Of a stretch of DNA of 64,000 bases, positions 38,782 to 48,871 are shown piece by piece. The notes under the pieces are model-generated. The model did not search any database and was not told the origin of the DNA. It saw only the letters and a list, made by a program, of their open reading frames with translations. Numbering within the stretch: the stretch's first letter is position 1; every line of letters begins with the position of its first letter. The stretch covers positions 1,259 through 65,258 of the forward strand of contig CAMCUY010000003.1 of NCBI GenBank assembly GCA_945879075.1. The letters are read 5' to 3'. Made by a program: the position numbers and the translations under genes. This stretch comes from Akkermansia muciniphila (GTDB lineage: Bacteria; Verrucomicrobiota; Verrucomicrobiia; Verrucomicrobiales; Akkermansiaceae).

Positions 38782-38830
38782 CCGCCCGCGACGCGTCCAT
38801 GCATTGTCCCGCCTGAAAATTTGAGAGCCC

Positions 38831-40786
38831 ATGAGCGACAAAAAATCCATTTCCAATCACGATCTGGACACCGTGCACAAGCCGTCCAAGGAATTTTCCG
38901 CGAAGGCCCGCATCCCATCGATGGCGGCCTACAAAAAGCTCTATAAGGAATCCATCGACCAGCCCGACAAGTTCTGGGCGCGTGAGGCAAAGGAACTGGT
39001 TTGGCAAAAACCGTGGTCCAAAGTGCTCGATTGGAAGCCCCCGCACGCGAAATGGTTCGACGGCGGCAAGCTCAACGTCTGTGAAAACTGCGTGGACCGC
39101 CACGCCGCCGGCCCCCGCAAAAACAAGGCCGCCATCATCTGGGAGGGCGAGCCCGGCGACAAACGCGTCATCACCTACGGCCAGCTTCAGAAGGACGTCT
39201 GCCGCTTCGCCAACGTGCTCCTCAAAAACGGCGTCAAGGCCAAGGACCGCGTGCTCATTTACATGCCGATGATTCCGGAAGCCGCCATCGCGATGCTCGC
39301 CTGCGCGCGCATCGGCGCGGTGCACAATGTGGTCTTCGGCGGCTTCGCCTCGGAGGCCATCGTCGATCGCCTCGAGGACTCCGGCGCCACCACCATCGTC
39401 ACCGCCGACGGCGGCTGGCGGCGCGGCAAGGTCGTCGCCCTCAAGCCGGTGGTCGATGAGGCGCTCGCGAAATACGACAAGGTCAAGCGCGTCATCGTCG
39501 TCAAACGCTGCGCAAACGAAATCTCGATGGACGCCAAGCGCGACGCGTGGTGGCACGACGAAGTGGCCAGCGTTTCCTCGAAACACGTCGCCAAGGGCTT
39601 CGACTCCGAGCACCCGCTTTTCGTCCTCTACACGTCCGGCTCGACCGGCAAACCGAAGGGAATCCTCCACACCTCCGGCGGCTACCTCACCGGCACCTAC
39701 TCGACCTGCAAATACATTTTCGACATGCGCGACGAGGATGTTTACTGGTGCACCGCCGACGTCGGCTGGATCACCGGGCACTCCTACATCGTTTACGGCC
39801 CGCTGGCTAACGGCGTCACCCAGGTGATGTATGAAGGCGCGCCGAACGCACCGGACTTCGGCCGCTTCTGGAAAATGGTCGAGGATTACGGCGTCACGAT
39901 TTTCTACACCGCGCCGACCGCGATCCGCGCCTTCATCAAGGCGGGAGACCATTTCCCGAAGGCCCACGACCTCTCCTCGCTGCGCCTGCTAGGTTCTGTT
40001 GGCGAGCCGATCAACCCGGAAGCCTGGAACTGGTATCACAAACACATCGGCGGCGGCAGATGCCCGATCGTCGACACTTGGTGGCAGACCGAGACGGGCG
40101 CGATCCTGATTTCCCCGCTGCCCGGCGCCACGCCCTGCAAGCCCGGCACCGCCACGCTGCCGTTCTTCGGCATCGACGCCGCGATCCTCGACGACGCGGG
40201 CAAGGAATGCAAAAACGGCCAAGACGGACGCCTCGTCATCCGCAAGCCATGGCCGTCGATGATCCGCTCGATTTACGGCGACAAGGAGCGCTACAAGACC
40301 GCCTACTGGTCGGATTACCCCGGCGGCATCTACACGGCGGGCGACGGCGCGCGCCGCGACAAGGACGGCAATTTCTGGATCATCGGCCGCCTCGACGACG
40401 TGCTCAACGTCTCCGGTCACCGTCTCGGCACGGCGGAAATCGAGAGCGCGCTCGTCTCCCATCCCGCGGTTGCGGAAGCCGCAGTGGTCGGCCGCCCGGA
40501 CGAGATGAAGGGCCAGGCCGTCGCCGCCTTCGTCACCCTGAAGGGGAATTACGAGGAATCGGAAGCTCTCCGCATCGAGTTGCGCAACCACGTCGGCAAA
40601 GTCATCGGTGCGATCGCCAAACCGGACGATCTCCACTTCGCTCCGGGCCTGCCGAAAACCCGTTCCGGGAAAATCATGCGCCGCCTCTTGAAAGAACTCG
40701 TTTCCACCGGTAAAATCTCCGGCAACGTGACGACTCTTGAAGACTTCTCCGTCATCGAGAGCCTGCAACGCAAAATTGCCAAATAA
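38831..40786 (+). CDS. acs: Acetyl-CoA synthetase
   Basis: [53 protein letters not shown]. Confidence 0.97.
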   Translation: MSDKKSISNHDLDTVHKPSKEFSAKARIPSMAAYKKLYKESIDQPDKFWAREAKELVWQKPWSKVLDWKPPHAKWFDGGKLNVCENCVDRHAAGPRKNKAAIIWEGEPGDKRVITYGQLQKDVCRFANVLLKNGVKAKDRVLIYMPMIPEAAIAMLACARIGAVHNVVFGGFASEAIVDRLEDSGATTIVTADGGWRRGKVVALKPVVDEALAKYDKVKRVIVVKRCANEISMDAKRDAWWHDEVASVSSKHVAKGFDSEHPLFVLYTSGSTGKPKGILHTSGGYLTGTYSTCKYIFDMRDEDVYWCTADVGWITGHSYIVYGPLANGVTQVMYEGAPNAPDFGRFWKMVEDYGVTIFYTAPTAIRAFIKAGDHFPKAHDLSSLRLLGSVGEPINPEAWNWYHKHIGGGRCPIVDTWWQTETGAILISPLPGATPCKPGTATLPFFGIDAAILDDAGKECKNGQDGRLVIRKPWPSMIRSIYGDKERYKTAYWSDYPGGIYTAGDGARRDKDGNFWIIGRLDDVLNVSGHRLGTAEIESALVSHPAVAEAAVVGRPDEMKGQAVAAFVTLKGNYEESEALRIELRNHVGKVIGAIAKPDDLHFAPGLPKTRSGKIMRRLLKELVSTGKISGNVTTLEDFSVIESLQRKIAK

Positions 40787-40803
40787 GCCAATCGGCCTTT
40801 TCC

Positions 40804-41688
40804 ATGACTTCTTCCCGCTATCTCATCGCCCGCGTTGCGCAGACCTTCGGTTATTTCCGAAGGAACCAGCGCATGGCGGATGCCGCAAGTGAAATGCACC
40901 TTTTGCGTGAGGCCGAGGCGCAGCTCGGGATGGCGATCTGGCAGAAGGTCGAGGAGATCGAGGAACTTTCCGTCGAATACTGGAACCTCCGGAAATTCAT
41001 CAAGGAGAAGGAGCTGATCCGGAAAAAAATCGGGGACTGCCAGATCGAACTCGACAGGGCTCACGAAGAGCGCGCCAGCAGGCTCAACAACACTCCGGAA
41101 GTCCATCAGGAGCTGATGAACCAACGCATCCTGCTTCTCACCGACCTCGAAACCCTCGCCCAGCGGCGCGATGAAATCGTCGCCGAAGCCCGCGAAGTCC
41201 GCCGTACCTACGAGGGTTTAAAGATGAAACTCGAGGTGCTCACCAACGAGTTGAAAGGCCCGGAGGCAGGCGAAGAGGAAATCGCCGAGGTCAAAACCCG
41301 CCTTGCCGACCTCAAGCTTAAATTTTCCGACCTTAAAAAACAACGCCTCCTCATCGGCGTAGAAATCAAAGCGGAAGACGCCAAGATTGACCTCGTGGAC
41401 GAGCAACTCAACGAGAAGAAAAATAACCGGAGGCTCCACGTCTCCGAAGTCTTCCAAGTGATCAGCGACGGCAACAAGGATATCTCCATCCTGCGGGCCG
41501 AAAACGGTTTGCTAGACACCCAGATGCGCCAGCTCTACGCTGAAATCGGCCGTTTCGTCAGCCGCAACACCCACCGAAATCCGGCCTGCGCCGCTGCCGC
41601 TGCGTCGTCCCATCAAGGACTGGTCGATGTGATGCGCGCCCTCCGCCGATCGATCGCGCTCAACCACCGCCTCGCCGGCACAGCCTGA
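40804..41688 (+). CDS. Hypothetical coiled-coil protein
   Basis: 294-aa Glu/Lys/Leu-rich heptad pattern; starts 17 nt after acs. Confidence 0.75.
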   Translation: MTSSRYLIARVAQTFGYFRRNQRMADAASEMHLLREAEAQLGMAIWQKVEEIEELSVEYWNLRKFIKEKELIRKKIGDCQIELDRAHEERASRLNNTPEVHQELMNQRILLLTDLETLAQRRDEIVAEAREVRRTYEGLKMKLEVLTNELKGPEAGEEEIAEVKTRLADLKLKFSDLKKQRLLIGVEIKAEDAKIDLVDEQLNEKKNNRRLHVSEVFQVISDGNKDISILRAENGLLDTQMRQLYAEIGRFVSRNTHRNPACAAAAASSHQGLVDVMRALRRSIALNHRLAGTA

Positions 41689-41791
41689 GCCAATTGTCAG
41701 GCTTCAAGGGCTTGTCATGGAGACCAATCCCCTGCCCCATGCGTGACTTTTTTGATTTGCTCCACCGCGACTTTCGAGCCCTTTGCCCCTC

Positions 41792-41917
41792 ATGAAGACA
41801 CTCACCCGAATCGCTCCCATCGCAGCTCTCGTTTGCAGCGGCGCCAAGGGCGCGATCGGACTCCAGCACCACGGCGCGGCAGTCGATTTCGCGAATCTCT
41901 GGATCAAGACCCCGTGA
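41792..41917 (+). pseudogene. Internally deleted DUF1080 (3-keto-disaccharide hydrolase family) minigene; absent from the ORF track
   Basis: MKTLTRIAPIAALVCS (signal-peptide-like) joined to GAKGAIGLQHHGAAVDFANLWIKTP*, matching the DUF1080 C-terminal G.IGLQ.HG..V.F.N.WIK. Confidence 0.7.
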
Positions 41918-41932
41918 ATTGACCGCGTCACC

Positions 41933-43144
41933 ATGCGCTACCGAGAAGCCATCGATTGGTTGTTTGCCACCCAGATGTTTGGAATCAAGCTGGGACTCGA
42001 CGGGCCGCGCCAGTTGCTCAAGGAGTTCCTCGCCTATCCCGCGCACGGAGTGCAAGTCGTCCACGTCGCCGGAACCAACGGCAAGGGCAGCACCTGCGCG
42101 ATGATCGACAGCATCGCCCGCGCCTGCGGCCGGCGCTGCGGGCTTTTCACCTCGCCGCACCTCATCGACTACCGCGAGCGGATCAAGGTGAACGGCGAGG
42201 AAATCGCGGAAGACGCCTGCGCCGCGATGCTCACCGAGCTGCGCGCCTTGTGCGAGCCGATGGAAACGCATCCGACGTTTTTTGAAATCACGCTGGCCTT
42301 GGCGATGCGCTGGTTCCGGCTCCGCGAGTGCGAGATCATCGTGCTCGAAACCGGCATGGGCGGACGGCTCGACGCGACCACCGCGGTGCCGGCGGATGTC
42401 TGTGTGATCACCCCGGTCGGCATGGATCACATGCAGCATCTGGGAAATTCCATCGAGGAAATCGCCGCGGAAAAAGCCGGGATTTTTGTGCGTGGGAAAC
42501 CCGCGATTTCCGCCCCTCAGGTCCCCGCGGTGCGCCGGGTGTTGGAAAAGGAGGCGAATGAAAAACGCTCTCCGCTCGAGTTCGTGGAGGAACCGCTGCT
42601 CGGCTATCCGATGGCGCTGGCGGGCGAGCATCAGGCATGGAATGCCGCGCTCGCGGTGGCCGCGCTGCATCGTCTTGGCATTCCTCTCAGCTCCGACAGC
42701 GTCGGCTACGGCCTCCGCAACGTCAGTTGGCCCGGGCGTTTTGAAATCATCCGGCCCGGCGTCATTCTGGACGGCGCACACAATCCCCACTCCGCGGAAG
42801 TTCTCGCAGAAACCTGGCGGCGCAGCTTCCCCGGCAAGCAGGCCGCGCTCGTCTTCAGCGCGGTGGGCGGCAAGGACATCGCCGGCATCCTGGAAATCCT
42901 CGCCCCGCTCGCCTCGCGGATTTTTCTCTGCCCCGTCGATACGCCGAGGGCAGTTTCTCCCGAAGAGCTCGCGGAGAAACTGCCAGCGGACGCGCCGCCG
43001 CACGAGACGTTCGGGAGCTTTGAAAACGCCTTCGCCGCGGCGAGTTCGCACGGCGAACCCGTCCTCGTGGCGGGCTCGCTCTTTCTCGTCGGCGAGGCGC
43101 GGGCCTTTTTAACATCCGGGAAGTTCCGGCCAAGCTCGCAGTAA
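41933..43144 (+). CDS. folC: Folylpolyglutamate synthase / dihydrofolate synthase
   Basis: HVAGTNGKGST, FTSPHL..YRERI, TFFE, ETGMGGRLDATT, WPGRFE, LDGAHNP, AGSLFLVGE. Confidence 0.96.
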   Translation: MRYREAIDWLFATQMFGIKLGLDGPRQLLKEFLAYPAHGVQVVHVAGTNGKGSTCAMIDSIARACGRRCGLFTSPHLIDYRERIKVNGEEIAEDACAAMLTELRALCEPMETHPTFFEITLALAMRWFRLRECEIIVLETGMGGRLDATTAVPADVCVITPVGMDHMQHLGNSIEEIAAEKAGIFVRGKPAISAPQVPAVRRVLEKEANEKRSPLEFVEEPLLGYPMALAGEHQAWNAALAVAALHRLGIPLSSDSVGYGLRNVSWPGRFEIIRPGVILDGAHNPHSAEVLAETWRRSFPGKQAALVFSAVGGKDIAGILEILAPLASRIFLCPVDTPRAVSPEELAEKLPADAPPHETFGSFENAFAAASSHGEPVLVAGSLFLVGEARAFLTSGKFRPSSQ

Positions 43145-43343
43145 TTTGAATAACCGCCGGCGCGCGGATTTACGCCGGGTAATCCGGGAAAGTCGCGATT
43201 GGGTTAGGGACGGTGGCGCTGGTGTCGGTGAAACGCAAATCGCCAACGATTTACCTTCCGTCGTCGGAATCACTGTCAAAACGGACTACGACGGATTTCA
43301 TCTCGCGGTAGCCGCAGGCGTCAATGGCCGATGTGGGATGGGC

Positions 43344-44048
43344 TTACTTCGCTGTCGTCGCGGGCTTTCCGGTCAGCGCGGTGAACGCGGCCTTGGCCAT
43401 TTCGCCGGCACCTGCGGTGTTGGGGTGGACGCGGTCGGGGAGGAGTTCGGGCTTGTCGGCGAGGGCGGCGTGCATGTCGATGACGCCGATTTTCATTTTC
43501 ACGGCGAGGGTGTCGATGCGCGGGATCTGCTCTTGGACTCCGGCTTCGTTGATACCGAAGTTGCCGGGTTCGGGCACCGGACAGGGGCGGCAGACATAGA
43601 CGCGCGGCTTGCTTTCGAGGGCTTGGAAGGATTTCACCAGCTCGGTGTAGTCGGCGACGAATTCCGCCTCGTGTTGCCAATTCTGCGGTTTGGTGTCGTT
43701 GGTGCCGAGCATGATGACGACGACATCCGGCTTGAAGGTGAGAGCCTTCTGATAGGCAGCCTCGTTCCAGTAGGGGTGGTCGCCTTTTTTGAGCAGCGTG
43801 CGGCCGCTGACGCCGAAATTCCCGACCACCCACGACTCACCGAGCAATCCCTGGAGTTGGGTTGGATAGGACATTCCTTTTCCCGCGCCGGAGCCTTGCG
43901 TGATGCTGTCACCGACGCAGGCGACGCGGACGGGGGCCTTGAAAGACCCCGCGTCGATGGGCGGCAGCCGCTCGGCAGCCATCGCGGCTGGCATGAGGAA
44001 GCTGGCGAGAACGAACGGGAGACCGCGGATCAGGGTCTTGGTGGGCAT
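43344..44048 (-). CDS. Exported SGNH/GDSL esterase
   Basis: Signal peptide; CVGDSIT, NFGVSG, MLGTND, DRVHP. Confidence 0.9.
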   Translation of the reverse strand: MPTKTLIRGLPFVLASFLMPAAMAAERLPPIDAGSFKAPVRVACVGDSITQGSGAGKGMSYPTQLQGLLGESWVVGNFGVSGRTLLKKGDHPYWNEAAYQKALTFKPDVVVIMLGTNDTKPQNWQHEAEFVADYTELVKSFQALESKPRVYVCRPCPVPEPGNFGINEAGVQEQIPRIDTLAVKMKIGVIDMHAALADKPELLPDRVHPNTAGAGEMAKAAFTALTGKPATTAK

Positions 44049-44262
44049 GAGCGTGGCGGCATTGAAATGGAAACATGGCGGCGAGTAAACGTCTCATTTC
44101 CGGCCCGGGTTGCGACTCGGAGAGCTGCTCGCGTCCAAGGGGTGCCGGGTGTTAGCTCCTGCGGCGGGTGGATTTGGGAAACGCGGGTCCGGCTGGAAAA
44201 ATCCTGATTTTACGTGAAGCGCCTGTTGCCATTTTCCGGGAATGCTGGTAACCGTTTTTGCG

Positions 44263-44853
44263 ATGGGCCGAAACACGCCGCAACTTGAATTCCGCTGGAC
44301 CTCGTGGTTCCGCGTTTTGAAGACCCCGGAAGCCCCGAAAGCGCCGCCCTCGCGGGATGACAGCGGGCTAACGGCGTGGTGCGCGGAGGCCTCGAAATCG
44401 CTCTTCCTCAACGAGCTGGCGCGCAAAGTCCGCGTTTCCTGGAACCCGCGGATGCAGACGACGGCGGGCCGCGCTTGGTGGCCGGACCGGTCGATCGAGC
44501 TCAACCCGAAGCTCAAGGACTGCGAGCCGGAGGAACTCTGGCGCACGCTCAAGCACGAGCTCGCGCACCTCGTCGCTTACGAACGCTGCAGCCGACGCCG
44601 GATCGATCCGCACGGACCGGAGTGGCAGGCGGCTTGCGTGGATCTCGGAATCGCGGGCGAGCAGCCCTTTCACACCCTGCCTTTCAAGCGCCGCAGGATG
44701 AAGCGCAACCACGCCTACATCTGCTCCAACTGCTTCTCCGTCATCCACCGCGTGAAGCCGATCAAGCGGGCGGTCGCCTGTTATGACTGCTGCCGGAAAT
44801 TCAGCGACGGCGCGTATCACGACCGTTTCCGCCTGATCAAGCACACGCCGTGA
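44263..44853 (+). CDS. SprT-like zinc metalloprotease
   Basis: WNPRMQTTAGRA, HELAH (HExxH), HGPEW, C-terminal CSNC..CYDC zinc ribbon. Confidence 0.88.
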   Translation: MGRNTPQLEFRWTSWFRVLKTPEAPKAPPSRDDSGLTAWCAEASKSLFLNELARKVRVSWNPRMQTTAGRAWWPDRSIELNPKLKDCEPEELWRTLKHELAHLVAYERCSRRRIDPHGPEWQAACVDLGIAGEQPFHTLPFKRRRMKRNHAYICSNCFSVIHRVKPIKRAVACYDCCRKFSDGAYHDRFRLIKHTP

Positions 44854-45522
44854 TCACTCGCGGTCCGCGACGAAGAGCGTGTGGGTGAAGCGTTTCGCTT
44901 TCGGATAGGCTTTCGCACTGATGCATTCGACGTGCTTGAAAGTGCCTTGCAGCGACTTCGCGAAGGACTTGTCCGGATGCGCGGACCAGAAAATCACGCG
45001 GCCTTCCGGCTCCAGCGCGTTCTTGATGCGGGTGATGCCTTTCTGGGCATAAAGCCGCTCGTTGCCCTTCTGCACGAAAGGGTCCGGGCCGTTGTCCACG
45101 TCGAGCAGGATGGCGTGGTAGCGGTCGTTGCCGCAGCGGTCGATGAGGTCGTAAACATCGCCGACGTGGATGCGCACCCGCGGGTCATCGAGCAGTTTGC
45201 CGTTCACCTCGTGGAGAAACTCGCGATTCCACGCGACGACTTCGGGCAGGAGCTCGGCGACATCGACGACAGCGTCCGGGCCAGTTAGGGCGAGCACCCG
45301 CTTGAGAGTGAAGCCGAAGCCGAGCCCACCGATGAGGACGCGCGGCCGGGCCGGGAGGTGGGCGCAGGAGAGTTCCGCCATTTGTTCCTCGGAGGACGAG
45401 GCGGTGGTGCTCATCAGCTGCAGCCCGGCGACTTTGAGGAAATGGTGGCCGTCGTGCTCGTGGAGGGTGAGGCGGGCGCCATCGGGCGTTTTACAGGTCG
45501 CGAGGGTGCGGGTGATTTTCAT
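44854..45522 (-). CDS. Spermidine synthase-like SAM-dependent methyltransferase
   Basis: LIGGLGFGFTL, VAEL, VGDV, AILLDVDNGP; ATG at 45522. Confidence 0.8.
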   Translation of the reverse strand: MKITRTLATCKTPDGARLTLHEHDGHHFLKVAGLQLMSTTASSSEEQMAELSCAHLPARPRVLIGGLGFGFTLKRVLALTGPDAVVDVAELLPEVVAWNREFLHEVNGKLLDDPRVRIHVGDVYDLIDRCGNDRYHAILLDVDNGPDPFVQKGNERLYAQKGITRIKNALEPEGRVIFWSAHPDKSFAKSLQGTFKHVECISAKAYPKAKRFTHTLFVADRE

Positions 45523-45736
45523 GGGAAAGATGGAGGCGCCGCGGAGTCTCACCCGTGATTTTCTCCGGAGCAAATCATTCGCGCCGCCAAGCCTGTCGAA
45601 AGTGAAATCGATTTTCCCCAGCGCCTGCCGGGAGCTTCCTGCCGACGGGGCAAGTCCCTTATCTGGAGCGAAATGAGCAAGATCATCATGAGGCTTGCGT
45701 GGTCGCGCGTCACCCGCCAAGCTCCGCTTTCAAATT

Positions 45737-46984
45737 ATGAGCGAACGACGCGTCGTCATCACCGGCATTGGCTGTATCACCCCACTCGGCAACGACCTGA
45801 CCACCACCTGGGATGGTCTCAAGGAGGGGCGTAGTGGTATCGGAACCATCACTCAGTTCGATGCATCACCGTTCGATTGCAAAATCGCGGGCGAGGTTAA
45901 AAATTTCAACGCCGACGATTATTTCAACGTCCCTAAGGACGCCCGCCGCTCGGACCGCTACGTCCAGCTTGCCGTCGCCGCGTCGAAGATGGCGATGGAT
46001 GACTCGGGAGTGGATGTTTCCACCATCGACTCACGGCGTTTCGGCGTGATGGTCGGCAGCGGCATCGGCGGTCTGGCCACGCTGGAACGCGAGCACTCGA
46101 CGTATTTGAACAAGGGAGCCAAGCGCGTCTCGCCGTTCACGATCCCGATGATGATTTCCAACATCGCCAGCGGCATCATCTCGATGGAATACGGCCTGCA
46201 CGGACCTAACATGGTCATCGTCACCGCCTGCGCGACTTCCAACCACAACATCGGCGAAGCCTGGCGCATCATCAAGTTCGGCGACGCGGACGCCTTCGTC
46301 TGCGGCGGCGCGGAAGCCGCGATCCTGCCGATGGGCCTTGCCGGATTCGCCAGCATGAAGGCGCTCAGCACCCGCAACGACGAGCCCGGGCGCGCCTCGC
46401 GGCCGTTCGACAAAAACCGCGACGGCTTCGTGATGGGCGAAGGCGCCGGGGTCATCGTCATCGAGGAGCTCGAACACGCCCGCAAGCGCGGCGCGAAGAT
46501 TTACGCCGAGCTCATCGGCTACGGCGTCAGCGCGGATGCCTATCATCTCAGCGCTCCCTCGCCTGACGGCAGCGGCCCGGCTTACGCCATCGGCATGGCG
46601 CTCAAGCACGGCAAGAAGAATCCCGAGGACGTCGATTATCTCAACGCCCACGCCACCTCCACCGGCCTTGGCGACGTGGCGGAAACGAAGGCGATCAAGC
46701 TCGCGTTCGGCAATTACGCCACCAACGGACTGGTGGTGAGTTCCACCAAGTCGATGACCGGCCACATGCTCGGCGCGGCCGGCGGCGTGGAGCTCATCGC
46801 GAGCGTGATGGCCATCAAGGACGGCGTCATTCCGCCGACGATCAACATCGAGGAACTGGATCCCGAGTGCGACTTGGACGTCTGCCCGAACGTCGCCCGC
46901 GAGGTACCCGTCACGGTCGCCCTCAGTAACAGCTTCGGCTTCGGCGGTCACAACGCGTCGGTGCTCGTCAGCAAGTTCGAGTGA
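45737..46984 (+). CDS. fabF: Beta-ketoacyl-ACP synthase II
   Basis: RRVVITGIG, TACAT (Cys), DAYHLSAP, NAHATST, KSMTGHMLGAAG, SNSFGFGGHN. Confidence 0.97.
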   Translation: MSERRVVITGIGCITPLGNDLTTTWDGLKEGRSGIGTITQFDASPFDCKIAGEVKNFNADDYFNVPKDARRSDRYVQLAVAASKMAMDDSGVDVSTIDSRRFGVMVGSGIGGLATLEREHSTYLNKGAKRVSPFTIPMMISNIASGIISMEYGLHGPNMVIVTACATSNHNIGEAWRIIKFGDADAFVCGGAEAAILPMGLAGFASMKALSTRNDEPGRASRPFDKNRDGFVMGEGAGVIVIEELEHARKRGAKIYAELIGYGVSADAYHLSAPSPDGSGPAYAIGMALKHGKKNPEDVDYLNAHATSTGLGDVAETKAIKLAFGNYATNGLVVSSTKSMTGHMLGAAGGVELIASVMAIKDGVIPPTINIEELDPECDLDVCPNVAREVPVTVALSNSFGFGGHNASVLVSKFE

Positions 46985-47385
46985 GTCGGGCCATGGAAAA
47001 TCCAGTGCATCGGCAGGCGGGGGAAATCGCGTTCGGCGATACCGACGCCAGCGGTTGGATGCACTTTCCGAATGTTTTCAAATACGCTGAGGAGGCGGAG
47101 CATGCGTTTTTACGTGCGCGAGGCGTGTTGGTTTTCGACCGGGAAAAAGGCGGCTGGCCGCGGGTGAAAGTGGCCTGCGATTTCAAACGGCCGTTCCAAT
47201 GCGGTGATCGCTTCGAGGTTCTGCTCGCCATCTCCAATATCGGCTCGTCATCAATTTCATGGGATTTCGAGATCATTAACGCCGCCGGGGAAATCGCCGC
47301 CTTCGGCAGCATGACCAATGTCCGTGTGGATCACGAAGGTCGCCCGAAGCCGATCAGCGAGGATGAGCGCGCCGCACTCATTTGA
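46981..47385 (+). CDS. Acyl-CoA thioesterase (4HBT hot-dog fold); alternative start 46993
   Basis: FGDTDASGWMHFPNVFKYAEEAE, CDFKRP. Confidence 0.85.
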   Translation: MSRAMENPVHRQAGEIAFGDTDASGWMHFPNVFKYAEEAEHAFLRARGVLVFDREKGGWPRVKVACDFKRPFQCGDRFEVLLAISNIGSSSISWDFEIINAAGEIAAFGSMTNVRVDHEGRPKPISEDERAALI

Positions 47386-47386
47386 T

Positions 47387-48082
47387 ATGGAATCCACTCC
47401 CGAAATTTCCGGCCGCGTCGTCCTTGTCCCGACTCCCATCGGCAACATGAGCGACATCACGCTCCGTGCTTTGGAAATTCTCCGCGGCGCGGACCGCATC
47501 GCCTGTGAGGACACCCGCCACTCCGGCCAATTGTTAGCGCATCACGGCATCTCCGGAAAGCCGCTCGTCTCGCTCCACGAGCACAACGAAGCCCGCCGCG
47601 CACCGGACCTCATCGCCGCTGCGAGGGCAGGCGAAACCATCGCCGTCATCAGCGACGCCGGCATGCCCGGCATCTCGGACCCCGGCTACCGGCTCGTCCA
47701 GGCCTGCATCGAATCCGGCACGCCGCTTGAAGTCCTGCCCGGTCCGTCGGCGGTCATCACCGCGCTGATCGGCTCCGGCTTTCCCTGCCACGCCTTCCAC
47801 TTCGGAGGCTTCCTCTCGGTGAAATCCGGCAAGCGCCGCAGCGCGCTGAGCGCCGCGCTGGAGTCCGGAGAAACCGGCATCTTCTTCGAGTCGCCTCACC
47901 GCATCATCTCCACCTTGGAAATCCTAGCGGAAATCGATCCGCTCGCCCGCACCTGCGTCGCCCGCGAGCTGACGAAGAAATTCGAGACCTACCACCGCGG
48001 CACGGCGGCGGAAGTGCTCGCGCATTTCCAAAGCCACCCGCCGAAGGGTGAGATCGTGCTGCTGGTCCACTCTGAAAAGTAG
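47387..48082 (+). CDS. rsmI: 16S rRNA C1402 2'-O-methyltransferase
   Basis: VPTPIGNMSDITLRA, ACEDTR, SDAGMPGISDPG, FFESPHR, RELTKKFE, KGEIV. Confidence 0.96.
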   Translation: MESTPEISGRVVLVPTPIGNMSDITLRALEILRGADRIACEDTRHSGQLLAHHGISGKPLVSLHEHNEARRAPDLIAAARAGETIAVISDAGMPGISDPGYRLVQACIESGTPLEVLPGPSAVITALIGSGFPCHAFHFGGFLSVKSGKRRSALSAALESGETGIFFESPHRIISTLEILAEIDPLARTCVARELTKKFETYHRGTAAEVLAHFQSHPPKGEIVLLVHSEK

Positions 48083-48138
48083 TCCAGGACTTCAGTCCGT
48101 TCTTCAACCCGGAAGAACGGACTGAAGTCCTGGACTAC
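48079..48138. repeat. GTAG-type REP hairpin with 27-bp perfect stem
   Basis: gtagtccaggacttcagtccgttcttc / aacccg / gaagaacggactgaagtcctggactac. Confidence 0.95.
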
Positions 48139-48803
48139 GGTTTCAAGACCTCTTCAGCCGTGATTCCCGCGCGGTCTCCGAGTCCCAGAACATACCCATC
48201 CGCCAATCCCGCCTTGCCGGGATTTCCCGCGATGTAACGGCGGTAGTGATCAAACTGGGCCTCGCTGCGCACGATGTGATCGAACGTCTCCGCCTGCCAG
48301 AGAGTGCCGGATCGTCTGAGAGTCTGGTTGATCATCCGCGCGCTGGCACCCTTCCACCGTTGGAGAATGGTTCCCAAAGTATGCTTTTCCAGTGGCTCTA
48401 TCAGAGCGTGGATGTGGTTGGGCATGATCACCCATGCGCCGATCTGATAACCTTTGCCGTGGCCTGACATGAGTTGTATGGCGAGGATTTCTGCGATCTG
48501 CGGACGAGCGAGGAGGGATTCGCCATGACCTGTGTCCAACAGTTCGTGAAACCGCGCGGTGAACTCTCTATGGAATGCGGTTCGTTCTGTTTCGGGGAGG
48601 TCGTCGGCACAGCCGTCGGGTGGCAGGCCGTGATCAGTTAGCCAGAGTGCGCGTTGTGCTTTCCATCGCTCCATGACAGTGCGGGGGACCGAATCCGCGA
48701 GGCGGGTGGTGATGAAATAGGTGCGACGCCATTGGCGCCAGTGAGGGAGATTAAGATGATGCCGGTGAACGGATTCATTCCCGTTGTAAGGGGTGAAGGG
48801 CAT
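48135..48803 (-). mobile_element. REP-associated tyrosine transposase (RAYT, HUH Y1 family)
   Basis: LPHW, TYFITTRL, WVIMPNHIHAL (HUH), WQAETFDHIVR, YIAGNP (Tyr); flanked by REPs on both sides. Confidence 0.92.
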
Positions 48804-48812
48804 GTCTGAAAT

Positions 48813-48867
48813 GTAGTGGAGGACTTTAGTCCGGAGCAATTCAGAACGGACTGAAGTCCTGGACTAC
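48813..48867. repeat. Second GTAG-type REP hairpin (left arm degenerate)
   Basis: gtagtggaggactttagtccg (18/21 to the consensus arm) ... gaacggactgaagtcctggactac (exact). Confidence 0.9.
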
Positions 48868-48871
48868 ATTT

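Noticed and set aside
43146-44207. 353-aa plus-strand ORF
   Set aside because: Antisense to the clear SGNH esterase.
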